Shown here piece by piece: positions 1 through 13,924 of a DNA stretch of 64,000 nucleotides; position 1 is the stretch's first letter, and the number at the start of each line of letters is the position of its first letter. Source of the DNA: Tubulanus polymorphus (Eukaryota; Animalia; Nemertea); contig NC_134033.1 of assembly GCF_964204645.1 (NCBI RefSeq), forward strand, positions 3,368,131 through 3,432,130, in the 5' to 3' direction. Both the position numbers and the translations under genes were made by a program. The notes under the pieces were generated by a model that searched no databases, was not told the origin of the DNA, and was given only the letters and a program-made list of their open reading frames with translations.

Positions 1-1913
1 TGTCTTTTAATCGTATATACCTCTTCTTTGTATCAGGTCCGAGCAATCCGACCGTGTTGACCGTCGAACAGGATTCTAAATTTGGTGGAAATGATGATGG
101 TGGAAATCATTTCCAGTCTGTTAGTCAACAGCCGAAACGTGGTTTCATAATAACAAATTTGATCGTATAATTTCAAATTCGAAGTGTGGGATTCCTTCAT
201 GTCGACCGTTGAACAGGATTCTAAATTCGTCATTTTCATTAGGGTGGTGCGCGGCTGCGTCATCGTGGACGACACAGTATCCAGACAAGAACAATAATAC
301 GGCTATGCAGAAAATCCGTTATCGCTGCTTTGCGGCTATATTTGTTTGTATTTCTTCTCGGTAGACCGGTGTGGTCCTTGCTATCCGATGGAACTGTTGA
401 AGTTTCGTCATTTTGTTATAGTAGAATCCGCTTATTTCCAGGGGGGGGGGTCCGAGGGTTCTGGAATACCGTTGAGCTTTGTCAGTGCCCCTTAAGTTGG
501 AGATTCCCCTGAACCCATGGATTTGTCGTAACATCGCCCTCAGGTTTGGCATGATTTGGCGTAGTAAGTGCCCCTGAAAACTACAAGTTTGATGTTAAGG
601 GCCCTTTTGCGTGTTTTCACATAGAAAGTGCCCTCCCACATAATAGCGAGTGCCTTTATATAATTCGGAACCCCTTTGAGATAGGGTCCTGGATCCGTTC
701 CTGAATTCGGATCATTTGGGATCAACAAAATACTTTCGGTTTACACGGGAAATCCGGATTAAGTCATTTTCTTGTACATGGACTGTAATTATTGTCCGGA
801 TTAGACAAAAATCCGGATTAAGCCGATCTGGATTAAGCGGGTTTGACTGTAGTTATTGGACTTATATTTAGAATCGGCAGGTTCGAACTCGGGCCACACT
901 GGTCTGGAAAACTCGAGTTCTGGTGAAACTGTAAAGTTTCGATCGTTTCATTTGTTATCGAAAACGCGATTTAGGCCTAACCAATACCTTTCGAGCCTAG
1001 GCCCACTCAGAATCGATCTCAATAGACCAGGTTGGCAAGCGGGTTGGGGCGGATTCAGGGGTGTTCACTGGGCCCGGGCGCTGCTGCTTTCCCATTTGAG
1101 GTTGCCATTTTCGTCAAGACAAAAATAGGTAAAACCTACAAATTTGACATGTGTTTTGACATGCATGAACAAAAATATCTGCTCATACTTCTAACCATGA
1201 GCAGAAATAATGTGTGCATGAGCAACTTGCAAAAATGTTAAAGAGTGCATGCACAACTTTATGAGCAACTTACAGATTTAGGGCTATTACATACCTGGCC
1301 TATGACATGGCTACTTTATCTGAAAATCTTTTTTCTGGGTTCTGGCCTTCAGATTTTCCTAAATCCACCCCTGGTAGACTCCCCCTGCTATGAGTTAGTT
1401 GGTGGTATTGATGGGCTTATACCAACTTATATACAAAATATCCGATCGTGAAACTAAACCACAGACTGGTTAGCGACTACACTGGGGCGGGCTTGTCATG
1501 AGAGTGGATTGGAACATCCACCATCCACTATCACATTGCGACCGTTCTGCCCCGCCGGTTCGAATCGGTAGGCACTGATGGTATCCACTCGCGGGACTAA
1601 TACAACATTCCCGCATGCGGCCCTATTTTATGCGCCCTCTAGCGCCCAAAAAAACAACGAACAATTCTCGTTTTATTTCAATTCCGAATGTATTCCATCG
1701 CGAAATTTAACACGGTGTTTAAACGTATCGTTTCATCAAATCGTCAGATTTTATACTTTGCTTATTCGGATGATGAGTTGTATCCACGAAAGCTTGCGTG
1801 AAAATGACTCCTATTTTAATAAAATGTTACATTTTTATTTCGACATTGAATACGATGGCTCATATACGCCGCACACTGGGTCATGCATTTACATGAACTA
1901 TAATAGTTATGTT

Positions 1914-4900
1914 ACAGTCATTTGACTTTTTTGCCACGAGTTGGCGGATGACTAGTTTGCGCGGACGACGGCGGTTTGTAGGCGTACAGAACCCGTAGAG
2001 ACGGGAATCCAAGTAGAAACGACTGTATGTCCCATAGAACTCGACAGGACAATGATATATTCCGTTCCCTGTAAAAGAGAAAAATTATGAATCATTTATA
2101 CGCGTCTTAATTGAATTGAGACATAATTACTGATTAATTCATTGAAAAATCTATTTTTAAGGCGGGCCCGGCTTGGACTACCCGTTACCACAGCACGGTA
2201 AAATCATAAATTCTTAGTTAAGTCTCTACAGCTGTGAGGGTAGTTCACTAAGAACCCATGTGTCTGTTCTAGTCACTGCTCTCCCACCACGGCTGTGAGA
2301 AGAGTTCACTAAGAACCCACGTGTCTGTTCTAGTCACTGCTTTCCCACCACGGCTGTGAGGGGAGTTCACTCAGAACCCACGTGTCTGTTCTAGTCACTG
2401 CTCTCCCACCACGGCTGTGAGGGGAGTTCACTCAGAACCCACGTGTCTGTTCTAGTCACTGCTCTCCCACCACGGCTGTGAGGGTAGTTCACTCAGAACC
2501 CACGTGTCTGTTCTAGTAACTGCTCTCCCACCACGGCTGTGAGGGTAGTTCACTCAGAACCCATGTGTCTGTTCTAGTCACTGCTCTCCCACCACGGCTA
2601 TGAGAAGAGTTCACTAAGAACCCATGTGTCTGTTCTAGTCACTGCTCTCCCACCACGGCTGTGGGGGGAGTTCACTCAGAACCCATGTGTCTGTTCTAGT
2701 CACTGCTTTCCCACCACGGCTGTGAGGGGAGTTCACTCAGAACCCACGTGTCTGTTCTAGTAACTGCTCTCCCACCACGGCTGTGAGGGTAGTTCACTAA
2801 GAACCCATGTGTCTGTTCTAGTCACTGCTCTCCCACCACGGCTGTGGGGGGAGTTCACTCAGAACCCATGTGTCTGTTCTAGTCACTGCTTTCCCACCAC
2901 GGCTGTGAGGGGAGTTCACTCAGAACCCATGTGTCTGTTCTAGTCACTGCTCTCCCACCACGGCTGTGAGGGGAGTTCACTCAGAACCCACGTGTCTGTT
3001 CTAGTCACTGCTCTCCCACCACGGCTGTGAGGGGAGTTCACTCAGAACCCACGTGTCTGTTCTAGTCACTGCTCTCCCACCACGGCTGTGAGGGGAGTTC
3101 ACTCAGAACCCACGTGTCTGTTCTAGTCACTGCTCTCCCACCACGGCTATGAGGGGAGTTCACTCAGAACCCACGTGTCTGTTCTAGTCACTGCTCTCCC
3201 ACCACGGCTGTGAGGGGAGTTCACTCAGAACCCACGTGTCTGTTCTAGTAACTGCTCTCCCACCACGGCTGTGAGGGGAGTTCACTCAGAACCCATGTGT
3301 CTGTTCTAGTCACTGCTCTCCCACCACGGCTGTGAGGGGAGTTCACTCAGAACCCACGTGTCTGTTCTAGTAACTGCTCTCCCACCACGGCTGTGAGGGG
3401 AGTTCACTCAGAACCCATGTGTCTGTTCTAGTCACTGCTCTCCCACCACGGCTGTGAGAAGAGTTCACTCAGAACCCATGTGTCTGTTCTAGTCACTGCT
3501 CTCCCACCACGGCTATGAGGGTAGTTCACTCAGAACCCACGTGTCTGTTCTAGTCACTGCTCTCCCACCACGGCTATGAGAAGAGTTCACTCAGAACCCA
3601 CGTGTCTGTTCTAGTCACTGCTTTCCCACCACGGCTATGAGAAGAGTTCACTCAGAACCCGTGTGTCTGTTCTAGTCACTGCTCTCCCACCACGGCTATG
3701 AGGGGAGTTCACTCAGAACCCACGTGTCTGTTCTAGTCACTGCTCTCCCACCACGGCTGTGAGGGGAGTTCACTCAGAACCCACGTGTCTGTTCTAGTCA
3801 CTGCTCTCCCACCACGACTGTGAGGGGAGTTCACTCAGAACCCATGTGTCTGTTCTAGTCACTGCTCTCCCACCACGGCTATGAGAAGAGTTCACTCAGA
3901 ACCCATGTGTCTGTTCTAGTCACTGCTCTCCCACCACGGCTATGAGAAGAGTTCACTCAGAACCCATGTGTCTGTTCTAGTCACTGCTCTACCACCACGG
4001 CTGTGAGGGGAGTTCACTCAGAACCCACGTGTCTGTTCTAGTCACTGCTCTCCCACCACGGCTATGAGGGTAGTTCACTCAGAACCCACGTGTCTGTTCT
4101 AGTCACTGCTTTTCCACCACGGCTATGAGGGTAGTTCACTCAGAACCCACGTGTCTGTTCTAGTCACTGCTTTCCCACCACGGCTGTGAGGGGAGTTCAC
4201 TCAGAACCCACGTGTCTGTTCTAGTCACTGCTCTCCCACCACGGCTATGAGGGTAGTTCACTCAGAACCCACGTGTCTGTTCTAGTCACTGCTTTTCCAC
4301 CACGGCTATGAGGGTAGTTCACTCAGAACCCACGTGTCTGTTCTAGTCACTGCTTTCCCACCACGGCTGAGAGGGGAGTTCACTCAGAACCCACGTGTCT
4401 GTTCTAGTCACTGCTTTCCCACCACGGCTGTGAGGGTACTTCACTCAGAACCCACGTGTCTGTTCTAGTCACTGCTCTCCCACCACGGCTGTGAGGGGAG
4501 TTCACTCAGAACCCATGTGTCTGTTCTAGTCACTGCTCTCCCACCACGGCTATGAGGGTAGTTCACTCAGAACCCACGTGTCTGTTCTAGTCACTGCTCT
4601 ACCACCACGGCTGTGAGGGTAGTTCACTCAGAACCCATGTGTCTGTTCTAGTCACTGCTCTCCCACCACGGCTATGAGGGTAGTTCACTCAGAACCCATG
4701 TGTCTGTTCTAGTCACTGCTCTCCCACCACGGCTATGAGGGTAGTTCACTCAGAACCCACGTGTCTGTTCTAGTCACTGCTCTCCCACCACGGCTGTGGG
4801 GGGAGTTCACTCAGAACCCGTGTGTCTGTTCTAGTCACTGCTCTCCCACCACGGCTGTGAGGGGAGTTCACTCAGAACCCACGTGTCTGTTCTAGTCACT

Positions 4901-5923
4901 GCTCACCCACCACGGCTGAGAGGGTAGTTCACTCAGAACCCATGTGTCTGTTCTAGTCACTGCTTTCCCACCACGGCTGTGAGGGGAGTTCACTCAGAAC
5001 CCATGTGTCTGTTCTAGTCACTGCTCTCCCACCACGGCTGTGAGGGGAGTTCACTAAGAACCCATGTGTCTGTTCTAGTCACTGCTCTCCCACCACGGCT
5101 GTGAGGGGAGTTCACTAAGAACCCATGTGTCTGTTCTAGTCACTGCTCTCCCACCACGGCTGTGAGGGGAATTCACTAAGAACCCATGTGTCTGTTCTAG
5201 TCACTGCTCTCCCACCACGGCTGTGAGGGGAGTTCACTCAGAACCCACGTGTCTGTTCTAGTCACTGCTCTCCCACCACGACTGTGAGGGGAGTTCACTC
5301 AGAACCCACGTGTCTGTTCTAGTCACTGCTCTCCCACCACGGCTGTGAGGGGAGTTCACTCAGAACCCACGTGTCTGTTCTAGTCACTGCTCTCCCACCA
5401 CGGCTGTGAGGGGAGTTCACTCAGAACCCACGTGTCTGTTCTAGTCACTGCTCTCCCACCACGGCTGTGAGGGGAGTTCACTAAAAACCCATGTGTCTGT
5501 TCTAGTCACTGCTCTCCCACCGCGGCTGTGAGGGTAGTTCACTCAGAACCCACGTGTCTGTTCTAGTCACTGCTCTCCCACCACGGCTGCGACTCACCGA
5601 AGGGTATTGATAAATGACCTGGCCGTAGAATGACCAGGTTAACAGGCAAATGTCCCTGAGTTAAGCACTAATGTTTATAGTATATAAGACTGAATATGAT
5701 AATTACATTATCCTAATACATTTAAGACTGACCTGCATAATTTATCAGCAAATACACCTTCACCGACGTGGATCAACCAAATTATAACAACTCTATAAAA
5801 ATAAATATAATCCAAAAACAAAATATCTTAAATCCGATTAGCAAATAGAAAATCATAAAAACATTAATACTCTAACAAAACGTGATCCAACTTACATGAT
5901 ATAGAGGTTATACGGATGGGCAT
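1914..5923 (-). other. Possible spliced transcript of unknown product; the 59-bp satellite would lie in one of its introns
   Basis: On the - strand there are donor-like sites GTAAGT (~5895), GTCAGT (~5731) and GTGAGT (~5597), and acceptor-like sites TTTTTATAG (~5792) and TTTTCTCTTTTACAG (~2070). The reading frame is ambiguous and I recognise no homology. Confidence 0.3.
2232..5589. repeat. 59-bp tandem satellite, ~57 copies
   Basis: Unit CTGTGAGGGGAGTTCACTCAGAACCCACGTGTCTGTTCTAGTCACTGCTCTCCCACCACGG repeats head to tail with a few recurrent variant sites. Confidence 0.98.
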
Positions 5924-6159
5924 CGTTCAGGAATAGGACGAATTTACCCAGGGGTCCCAGATAGTCACACGGTACCCAATCTAGCCGAAACGGCGCCACC
6001 TATGTTCAAAAATATGATTTTCATTTATATGAAATTATTCGAGTAATAGGGAATGTGTTGTTTAATATCAGAGGTTGAGGGGCGAGTGAGTAAAAGATAA
6101 AAATAAATTCGAGCATGCAAGAATTTATTTTTATTTTTTATGAGCTCGACCTCTCGACC

Positions 6160-6760
6160 TCTGGTATGAAACAAGACTTTCCCTATTACAGACAGGCCTT
6201 TATTGGCAAAGCTAATTGGTGTTTATTAGTCAAGTCAATACTAACTGAATGTAACATGGAACATTTTTATGAGAACATGCAGTTATCTATTCTAAATACC
6301 TATCAAAACAAAAAGGTTTTGAATGATATTAGAACAATTTCATATAGGAACTATGCTATGACGTGGTCAAGAAATGTTCCTCTGCAACCAAAACTCCGTA
6401 CTTATACTTCACTTATACCAAAATTTGGAACAGAAGATTATGTCAAATTACACACATCACGATCAAACCGCTCCACAATAGAAAGGTTAAGAAATGGTAC
6501 TTTAACCCTTAAACATAGGTACATCGAATGAAGCTGAAACGGAAGAACATTCCTTGTGCACTTGTCTCAAATACGTTGATCTACGTAATGCCATTTTTTC
6601 TCAATGCTTTCAATCAATGCTAAGATCAATGCTTTCTTGGGAGAAGACATCTATCTTTTGTCTAATGTCGATAAAATCTGTAGAATTTTACTAAGCAATA
6701 GTCGTATCGTAACTAGTGTTTGCGGATTCATATCAGCCGCAATGGAAACTAACTTCGCAA
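6160..6760 (+). mobile_element. Degenerate LINE ORF2 C-terminal fragment
   Basis: The ORF contains KLRTY...FGTEDYV...RSTIERLRNG, which is typical of the region after the RT domain in invertebrate CR1/L2-group LINEs. Confidence 0.65.
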
Positions 6761-6860
6761 TTCTTAATTCAATTTAATCCAGTGGTACCCGCATAACCAG
6801 CTATCCCGTAAGATGGCGTGACGAGCAGTAGGTTGCTCACAACAAATATCGGAACAGAAG

Positions 6861-7540
6861 ATGCCAGAGAAAACGAAAACGCGCAAGGACAGTGGAATAT
6901 CTTCGAAACTTGATGCGATTCTCTCTCAACTCGGGAAATTAGAACTTTTAGACGATCTACAGAAAGACATGAGTGAAGTGAAACAATCTCTAGAGTTCTG
7001 CCACCGGGACGTGCTACAATTGAAAAGCGAAAAAACTGTGCTGAAGAATAGAGTAAAAGAACTCGAATATATCGTTGCAAAACAGGAGACCATCGTCAAA
7101 TCGGATCACGAACTCCTACTCGACCAACAGTGGCGTAGTATGCGGGACAATCTGATCTTCTACGGCACTGGAGAGACTGACGATGAAGACGCAGAAAAAA
7201 TGGTGCGAGATTTCTGCACCAACCATCTCCCGCTTGCGAAAGAATCCGTCGAGGCTAATGAGTTTGCGCGCGTCCACCGTCTTGGAAAAAGAAAGAGCGA
7301 CCAGAAAAAACCGCGTGCGATAGTGGCGAAATTCGAACATTTTAAGGACGGAGAGTTCGTGCGTTCGTTAGCGAGGAATCTATAGCCGGTACTTCACTAG
7401 GCATGAGCGAACAAGTTCCAGAAGAGTGGGCCGCACGTAGACGGGATCTGTTACCAGAACTCAGGGCTGCGAAAGCTAGCGGGCAACACGAGTTTTTCGC
7501 CAGAGACAAACTTGTCATCCGTGATCGGGAACGTGCTGCC
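6861..7540 (+). mobile_element. LINE ORF1 (coiled coil plus L1-type RRM), with an internal stop
   Basis: Motifs RDNLIFYG..E..DE, RVHRLG and PRAIVAKF. Similarity continues past the stop at 7383 (GMSEQVPEEWAARRRDLLPELRAAK). Confidence 0.8.
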
Positions 7541-7580
7541 ATGGACAGCAGCTAGGATTCAGCGGAGGGTGTTAGGGCGC

Positions 7581-7768
7581 CACACGGCCCCTCGATCCCA
7601 GCCACATTATATAAGGGTGATCCATGCACCACCCAGCCCTATCACCCTTATATAAAGTGGCTGGGATCGAGGGGCTGTGTGGTGCATGGATAACCGTTAT
7701 ATAAAGTGGCTAGGATCGAGGGACAGGGTTTTTCCGTGGATTACCCGTGGCTGGATCGAGGGACTACG
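7581..7768. repeat. Foldback inverted repeat with further partial copies (MITE-like)
   Basis: CACACGGCCCCTCGATCCCAGCCACATTATATAAGGGTGAT pairs with ATCACCCTTATATAAAGTGGCTGGGATCGAGGGGCTGTGTG, followed by two degenerate direct copies of the arm. Confidence 0.75.
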
Positions 7769-7771
7769 AGT

Positions 7772-7967
7772 ATGTCGGTTCGTCGGTTTGTCGGTATGTC
7801 GGTTTGTCGGTTCGTCGGTTTGTCGGTATGTCGGTTCGTCGGTTTGTCGGTTTGTCGGTTCGTCGGTTCGTCGGTTTGTCGGTATGTCGGTATGTCGGTT
7901 CGTCGGTTTGTCGGTATGTCGGTATGTCGGTTCGTCGGTTCGTCGGTTCGTCGGTTCGTCGGTTTGT
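7772..7967. repeat. 8-bp microsatellite (GTCGGTHY)n
   Basis: GTCGGTTC, GTCGGTTT and GTCGGTAT units; this explains the repetitive ORFs at 7677-8235. Confidence 0.95.
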
Positions 7968-8394
7968 CTTGAAAATTACGCAGCCGAATTACTCCTTTTC
8001 TAAAAATGTATCTTTGAGCGGGGAACTATTCCACGCTATACTGGACTTGAACCGCAGCGGCTTATGTCGACAAACAACGCGACGCCTGCCGACTCCTACC
8101 GACGCAACTGAGAGCAAGCGCGATCGCAGCCCAGCTTATGTCGAATGCGCTCCCGATTCGCAGCAACTGAGGCCGACTAGCGGGGTACGAGATCCTCCTA
8201 GTTGCTTCCCTGCATATGTCGGTTGCAATTACTAGCAACTGCATTGGCTCAAATGGTCACGTGATAAGCGTTTTGAGAATGAATTTGAATTATTTCGAAT
8301 TTTTGGGAAATATATTTCTATTAGATAAGTTTTTTCCTTAAGACTTCGATCTTTCTGTTTCTGTTTTGAATACAATGTGCTAGCGACATTATAT

Positions 8395-9926
8395 AAAGAT
8401 GGCCGCTCACATTACGGGGAATTTTTTGAACGTAGTTAAAAATATCTATAATTCGGTGAAATCATGTGTTACATTTAACGGTAACACATCACAATATTTC
8501 GCTGCTGATAGAGGATTAAGACAAGGTGATAATTTATCACCTATCCTATTTCCACTATTCTTAAACGATATTGAAGACTTTTTTGCTACCCGCGGTAAAC
8601 CAACTTTGTCGTATATTGAAAATCTCAATGTGAATTGTGACCCATAACTAGGGAAACTACTTAATTTATTCATTATCCTTTATGCGGATGACACAGTCAT
8701 TCTTGCTGAAGATGAGAAATCTCTCCGGTCACATTTAGATACATTATTTGAATATTGCGCTGACAACGGCCTCTGCACGGTGAATGTTGATAAAACTAAA
8801 CTATTAGTCTTCGCTCGAAGTAGGATGAAAGTAGGATTAAACGAATTTCGAAATTCATGTCCAGTATTCAGGAGTTAGAGATAGTTGAGGATTATGTGTA
8901 TCTCGGAGTGAAATTCAATTGGAACGGTAGTTTCGCTAAAGCAAAAAAAATTCTCTATGATAAAGCTACGAAAGCTATGTATTCTATTATTCATAAGGGC
9001 AGACGTCTGAAACTTCCTGTAGATTTAATGTTTGACTATTTGACACGTGTGCCGCTCCTATCGCGTTGTACGGTTGCGAAATCTGGGGTTACAAAATATT
9101 CCCATAACCTTCAAGTATTAGCGGAGTTAGGACGTTATCCTATGTATATTAACGTAGAATGATTAATTTTTGGGTCAAAACGATTGAGTGCAAACAAAGT
9201 AAACTTAGTTCAATTCTCTATAAGATATCTTTTGATTTGTATCTGAATGATAGGTTTAAGGGCCCCTGGCTGTTATTTATTAAGAAGGCTTTCGATGACT
9301 GTGGCATTTCGTATATCTGGATACAACAATCTATGGTAAACTCTAGGACTTCTCCAAAACAGTTACACCGTATACTCCGTGATCAGCATGTGCAAGAGAC
9401 AGAATTTAGGCTAAATAATAACCCGTTATACATTGATTTTAGACAATATAAGAAGGATATCAAATTTGAAAACTATATAAATCGGCTTGATGACGACTTA
9501 GTGACCAGTTTATTCCAGTTCAGGATTGGGTCTTATCTCTTACCTGTAAATAAATTGTCAAATCTCCATCTACCGAGAACCGATAGATTATGTCCCAGTT
9601 GTAACATTTTAGGCAACGAACTACATTTCATTTTTGACTGTAAATTACTTACCGTATTCCGTGAGAGCTACTTAAATTCAAATACCTTTCGGAATCTTGA
9701 TGTTTTAATATAAAATCCAACTTTTAAACTTGCTAAATTTATCAAATTAGGTCTAGATGTATATAGATCCCTCCGGTAGTGTGTGTAAATAGTATGTTGT
9801 AAATAACGTTTGTTATGTCTTAAAGTGCTTTTATCTAATGTTGTTGTAAATAATTGTAAAAACTGTTTTTTCCTACATATACCACGGGAATGGTTGGAGT
9901 GTAATGAATATTCGTATTCGTATTCA
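8395..9926 (+). mobile_element. 5'-truncated, frameshifted LINE (RT, C-terminal Cys/His motif, 3' UTR with (TATTCG)n tail)
   Basis: GLRQGDNLSPILF, LYADD (8679-8693), YVYLGV and CPSCNILGNELHFIFDC, with a short tandem-repeat tail at ~9908-9926. Confidence 0.9.
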
Positions 9927-9927
9927 T

Positions 9928-10225
9928 GCTCGTTTTCGAAATTAGTTCATTTTCAATGAACTTTGAGCTGGATTTTTAGACTCCCGAATCCTTATACTAT
10001 CACAGGACTCACCAAATATGAAATACTTTCATTCTTCTAATCAGATATCGATATATTTTTCATAGATAATTGATTCATTTGAGAGAAAAGTTCAACCCGA
10101 TTTAATTGAAATGTAGAAGGAAACCAAACGCGGACGACCAACTATCTACTAGCGAACCTGGCGGATCCTCGCCTGCCATGAGTGGAATTCTCGATTGCCA
10201 CAGTAGCACTGCGGGTACCCCATTG
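9928..10225 (+). repeat. Unclassified interspersed repeat (here called Rep-X), ending ...GCCACAGTAGCACTGCGGGTACCCCATT
   Basis: Related copies at ~16567-16624(+), 18726-18948(-), 29782-30400(-), 38278-38470(-), 41600-41766(+), 42930-43070(+) and 44770-44935(+). Confidence 0.85.
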
Positions 10226-10329
10226 TAATTAGTTCTATCGGATTGTCACATGTTAGTTGTATTTGTAAAGGTCAAGTGTGTCTTGTGAGCCTTATCATAG
10301 CCTTGTGAGGCTGGTTTTTTATCGAGATG

Positions 10330-13300
10330 ACTCGTAAATAAAGATTATATATACATATATCTTTCTCCAATGAATAAACGTATGCAGTGAATTTGTTTAA
10401 TTTTCACTTTAAATTCGTGTGCAGTGGGGCCGGGACATTTCCCCTTGAATTTTGAGATAGGCCTACTGTGAAAATTGCAGATTGAACTAACTGATTAAAT
10501 AATGTTTTAATTTGACCTTGAATGATTGGGTACTGGTAATATTTTTTAAATGTTTAGGTAGATTATTCCAAACTGTAGGACTGTAAGCCACTTTAACAGA
10601 GAATTTTACTTTATTTGTTTTAAATCTATCGATGCGAAATGAGTTATTATTTCGAGTAGCATAACTGTGGAAATTGGTGCCTTTTTGAAAATTGGAATTA
10701 AAAGAACTAGATAACTCTGAGTTGATGTAATGAATGGCATGAATAAGGATAACCGAAACTTGGTAATAGCTTTGAATTTTAGAATTTTGAGTCTTTTAAA
10801 GATAGGCTCGGTATGTTCAAGATAGTGCGACTTGCTAATAATTCTAATGGCACGCTTTTGCAATATGATCCACGGCTCAAGGATAGTATCATAATTGCTA
10901 GCCCAAATGAGATTACAATATTGAAGGTATGGATAAACAAAGCTACAGTATAGTGAAGACAACAAGTTAGAGGGGAATATCTTTTTCAATCGATTTAAAG
11001 TTCCAAGACTTCAGGCAACTTTGCTTGAAACATGTTTGATATGTACATCCCACTTTAATTTATCGTCTATTTGAAGTCCTAAAAAGTAGTACTATGAACT
11101 CGATGAAGGGATACGTTGTTGAATTATATAGACAGATTTAAAGTACAGAGTTATCGTGCATATCATTGGTCAATGTCTCTGTTAACCCAATGATTGAAAA
11201 TCTACCACTGACACATGACAAAAAATCACTAAAAGCGTCGAAATTTTTTTTGAACACTTCGAACATTATCATGCGAGATTATTGAGAGTTTCCCGTGGTC
11301 CACGAGAAAATCATCTTTTACGTATAAACAATATTGTTGTTTATACTGGGTATATAAAAAACGTTCTCCGTGTAATGTACAGCGATTAATACACGCTAAA
11401 TTACATAAGTGAAAATGGACAATATTCATTTAAATTTGAAGAAATATTGAATCGACACACTCCTCACAATGTGAGGAAAAACAAAGAACTCCCTGGCGAT
11501 CGGGAGAAATATTCAAGTCACTTATACTACTTAACATTTGGTTTTTTGAAGCTTTCTCGGCTGATGGTGGCTTAATTCCTAATCCCTTCTTTTTCGATAA
11601 AACGGTTCGAACGATTGAGATTTTTCTTTCCCCCCAACTCAGATGTGTAGACGATATGAGTTTTAGGCCTGGGCCTGAGTTAAAACAAATGAACGAACTA
11701 TTTTCGATTTGTGAGATTATAATTAATGGATTAAAATAAGATGGAAAAAGAAAATATACCGTGAATATCGTCATAATAGGCACGATCAGCAGAAACCATA
11801 AAATCGAAGGACGGCGAAAGAAATCGTTTTTAGACATTTTGATTCCGTTGAACCGACGTGAAACAGTGCGCCGAACTGATAGGTCGAAAGGACACCTGCT
11901 AAGATAGCGGCTCAATTGGCCTTTTTATGAACCAGCATAATCGGAATAGATTGTCTATTTGGAGTATGTAGCCGACGAGTGTCAATTATCATAACCGGGT
12001 TTGTCTGTTGATAAAAACGCCGGCCATAGAAGTTATCCAAAATGGCGCTGGTGCGAAATTCGAACCGAAGAATAAAGATATTAACAATTGCATCGATATT
12101 AATGCAAGACAGCCAGTTGGCTTCGCTAGCGCGGGTTTATCAGGAGAAGCAAGTGGAGGAACTTTTGAACTATACCGCATCTGCAAATACCATTCTTACT
12201 TATAGTGAAACGATAAAACATTCGAAATCAAAAGCAGACATCGGAAGAGCTCTTTCTTCAACCATGGAGGAAATGAAGTTGCATTGACAATTTTCGATAG
12301 AAAATTAAACCACTAATCGAAGTACAGTCGAAGACCTGTATCATCTACCCAATCGCCAAATCTCATAATTCCCCAAATTTCTTTAAACTTCGATTTCAAA
12401 TTAGCAATTCCACATTCGATTATCCCAGAAATTCTACATTTTTTTTTCGCAGGCGTCAAATAATTTATTGAAATTAATTTTCTTCTTGATAAACGTGATT
12501 ATAATCGCTTATATTCTAAATAGCGGGATTTAAGGGCAATATCTGAATTATAAAGTGTTTCCTAAGTGATTTTTATATTTAATAGAGTTTAACAAGCCCG
12601 TAGTTAACCAGGGTTTAGACTTATTGGTTTTAGCGTTCACGCGTTTAATAAATGGTAAACATGTATCATATAAATGAGTACATTTAGAAATAAATACAGT
12701 ATACGAGCTTCGTGGGTCATTTTCATTATAAATAGCCGACCAATCACACGCTATTAAGCTCCTATAGAATCTATCAATATTATGCACACTAAATTTTCTA
12801 GTTGAGTGAGTACAATTATTGCTAACACGTTTACGTTGATCACACATTGTGAAAATTGGAAAATGATCTGAAACATCTGTACATAATATGCGCGAGTTAA
12901 ATACATTTTCAACATTATTTCAAAAAATATTGTCAATTAGACTGGATGAATTATTAGTCACCCTGTTTGGTTTATCAATTAGTGGGTAAAAAAAGGATGA
13001 AGCTATCAAATTATCTAGAAATAATTCAGTAGGCTTATGAACTTCTGCTTGGAAGTTTATCAATGTTAAAATCATTAATCAAATAACAATCTTTTCTTTC
13101 CCTATTTAGCCTGTTCTAATAGTTAATTAAATTCAACTAAAAATGTAGATATTCCTTAGCCCCGGAGGTCTATATATAATACCAACAATCTTATTCTTCT
13201 GATTCTTACAAATAATTTCAAAAAAGAGAGATTCGAATATCTCATTTTTACCAGAAAGATCTGGGCTTTTTTTAGATTCGTAATCATCTTTGAAATAAAG

Positions 13301-13690
13301 GGCAACGCCACCACCCTTAACATCATTCGAGCGGCTTTTGAAAATACTATTGTAGTCAGGTAGTTTATAAAGATTATTGTTATGGGCATTATCGTTACTC
13401 CAAGTCTCAGTAAGTGCTATGATAGAAAAATCGGATTTTATACAATTGATGTAGTCAGTAAAAGAATCAAAATTTTTATTTGCAACTTCGAATATTAAAA
13501 GTGCAAATTGAAAATTGACGAATTCAAAGTTATTTTCAAAGTACATATTTCGATTTATGCCTGCCGCTTCTGATATAATCATACATCCATTACTATTACA
13601 ATACGTCTTCTCATGATATTCAATGCAATATAACATTTCGACGTTCAAATAGAGCTCATTATATATTCACAGGAAGACATTCTACATCTT
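10330..13690 (-). mobile_element. Fragmented CR1-like LINE(s) (APE endonuclease, linker, RT C-terminus), interrupted by an unrelated insert at ~11430-12300
   Basis: FSIIALTETW, GGGVALY, VGIIYRPP, LVTRPNRVT-like, KPWLTTGLL, and YLQYCNLIW...LQKRAIRII...HTEPIFKRLKILK. Confidence 0.85.
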
Positions 13691-13924
13691 TGTCAATAAT
13701 ATTTTGCCAAATAGCTTGTATGTGTACACATAGACCTGTGACGTTTTACACATCGATTTACGGCTGTCGTTTGTAAAATGACGCTGAATGGTTAAAAACA
13801 TTGTTTAGATTTCATAATGGTAACGTTTTATAAGGCGTCAAAAAACGTGGTTCGGATATAAGTTTGAATAATTTCTTAAGAAAATCAGATTCTCCCGAAA
13901 GAATGTATGTATGCTGCATGTATT

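Noticed and set aside
1470-1620. Cys-rich toxin or lectin exon on the - strand (ECCISP..HQCLP..QCDSGWWMFQST)
   Set aside because: Short, ends in a stop, has no convincing splice sites or partner exons, and could be chance.
2232-5589. CRISPR array or ribozyme array in the 59-bp repeat
   Set aside because: The units are contiguous with no unique spacers, there are no cas genes, the context is eukaryotic, and neither strand has a CUGANGA plus GAAA core.
7677-8235. Repetitive VCRFVG proteins
   Set aside because: Translation of an 8-bp microsatellite.
10150-10225. HDV-like ribozyme in Rep-X (TCCTCG loop)
   Set aside because: I could form only simple hairpins, not the nested double pseudoknot.
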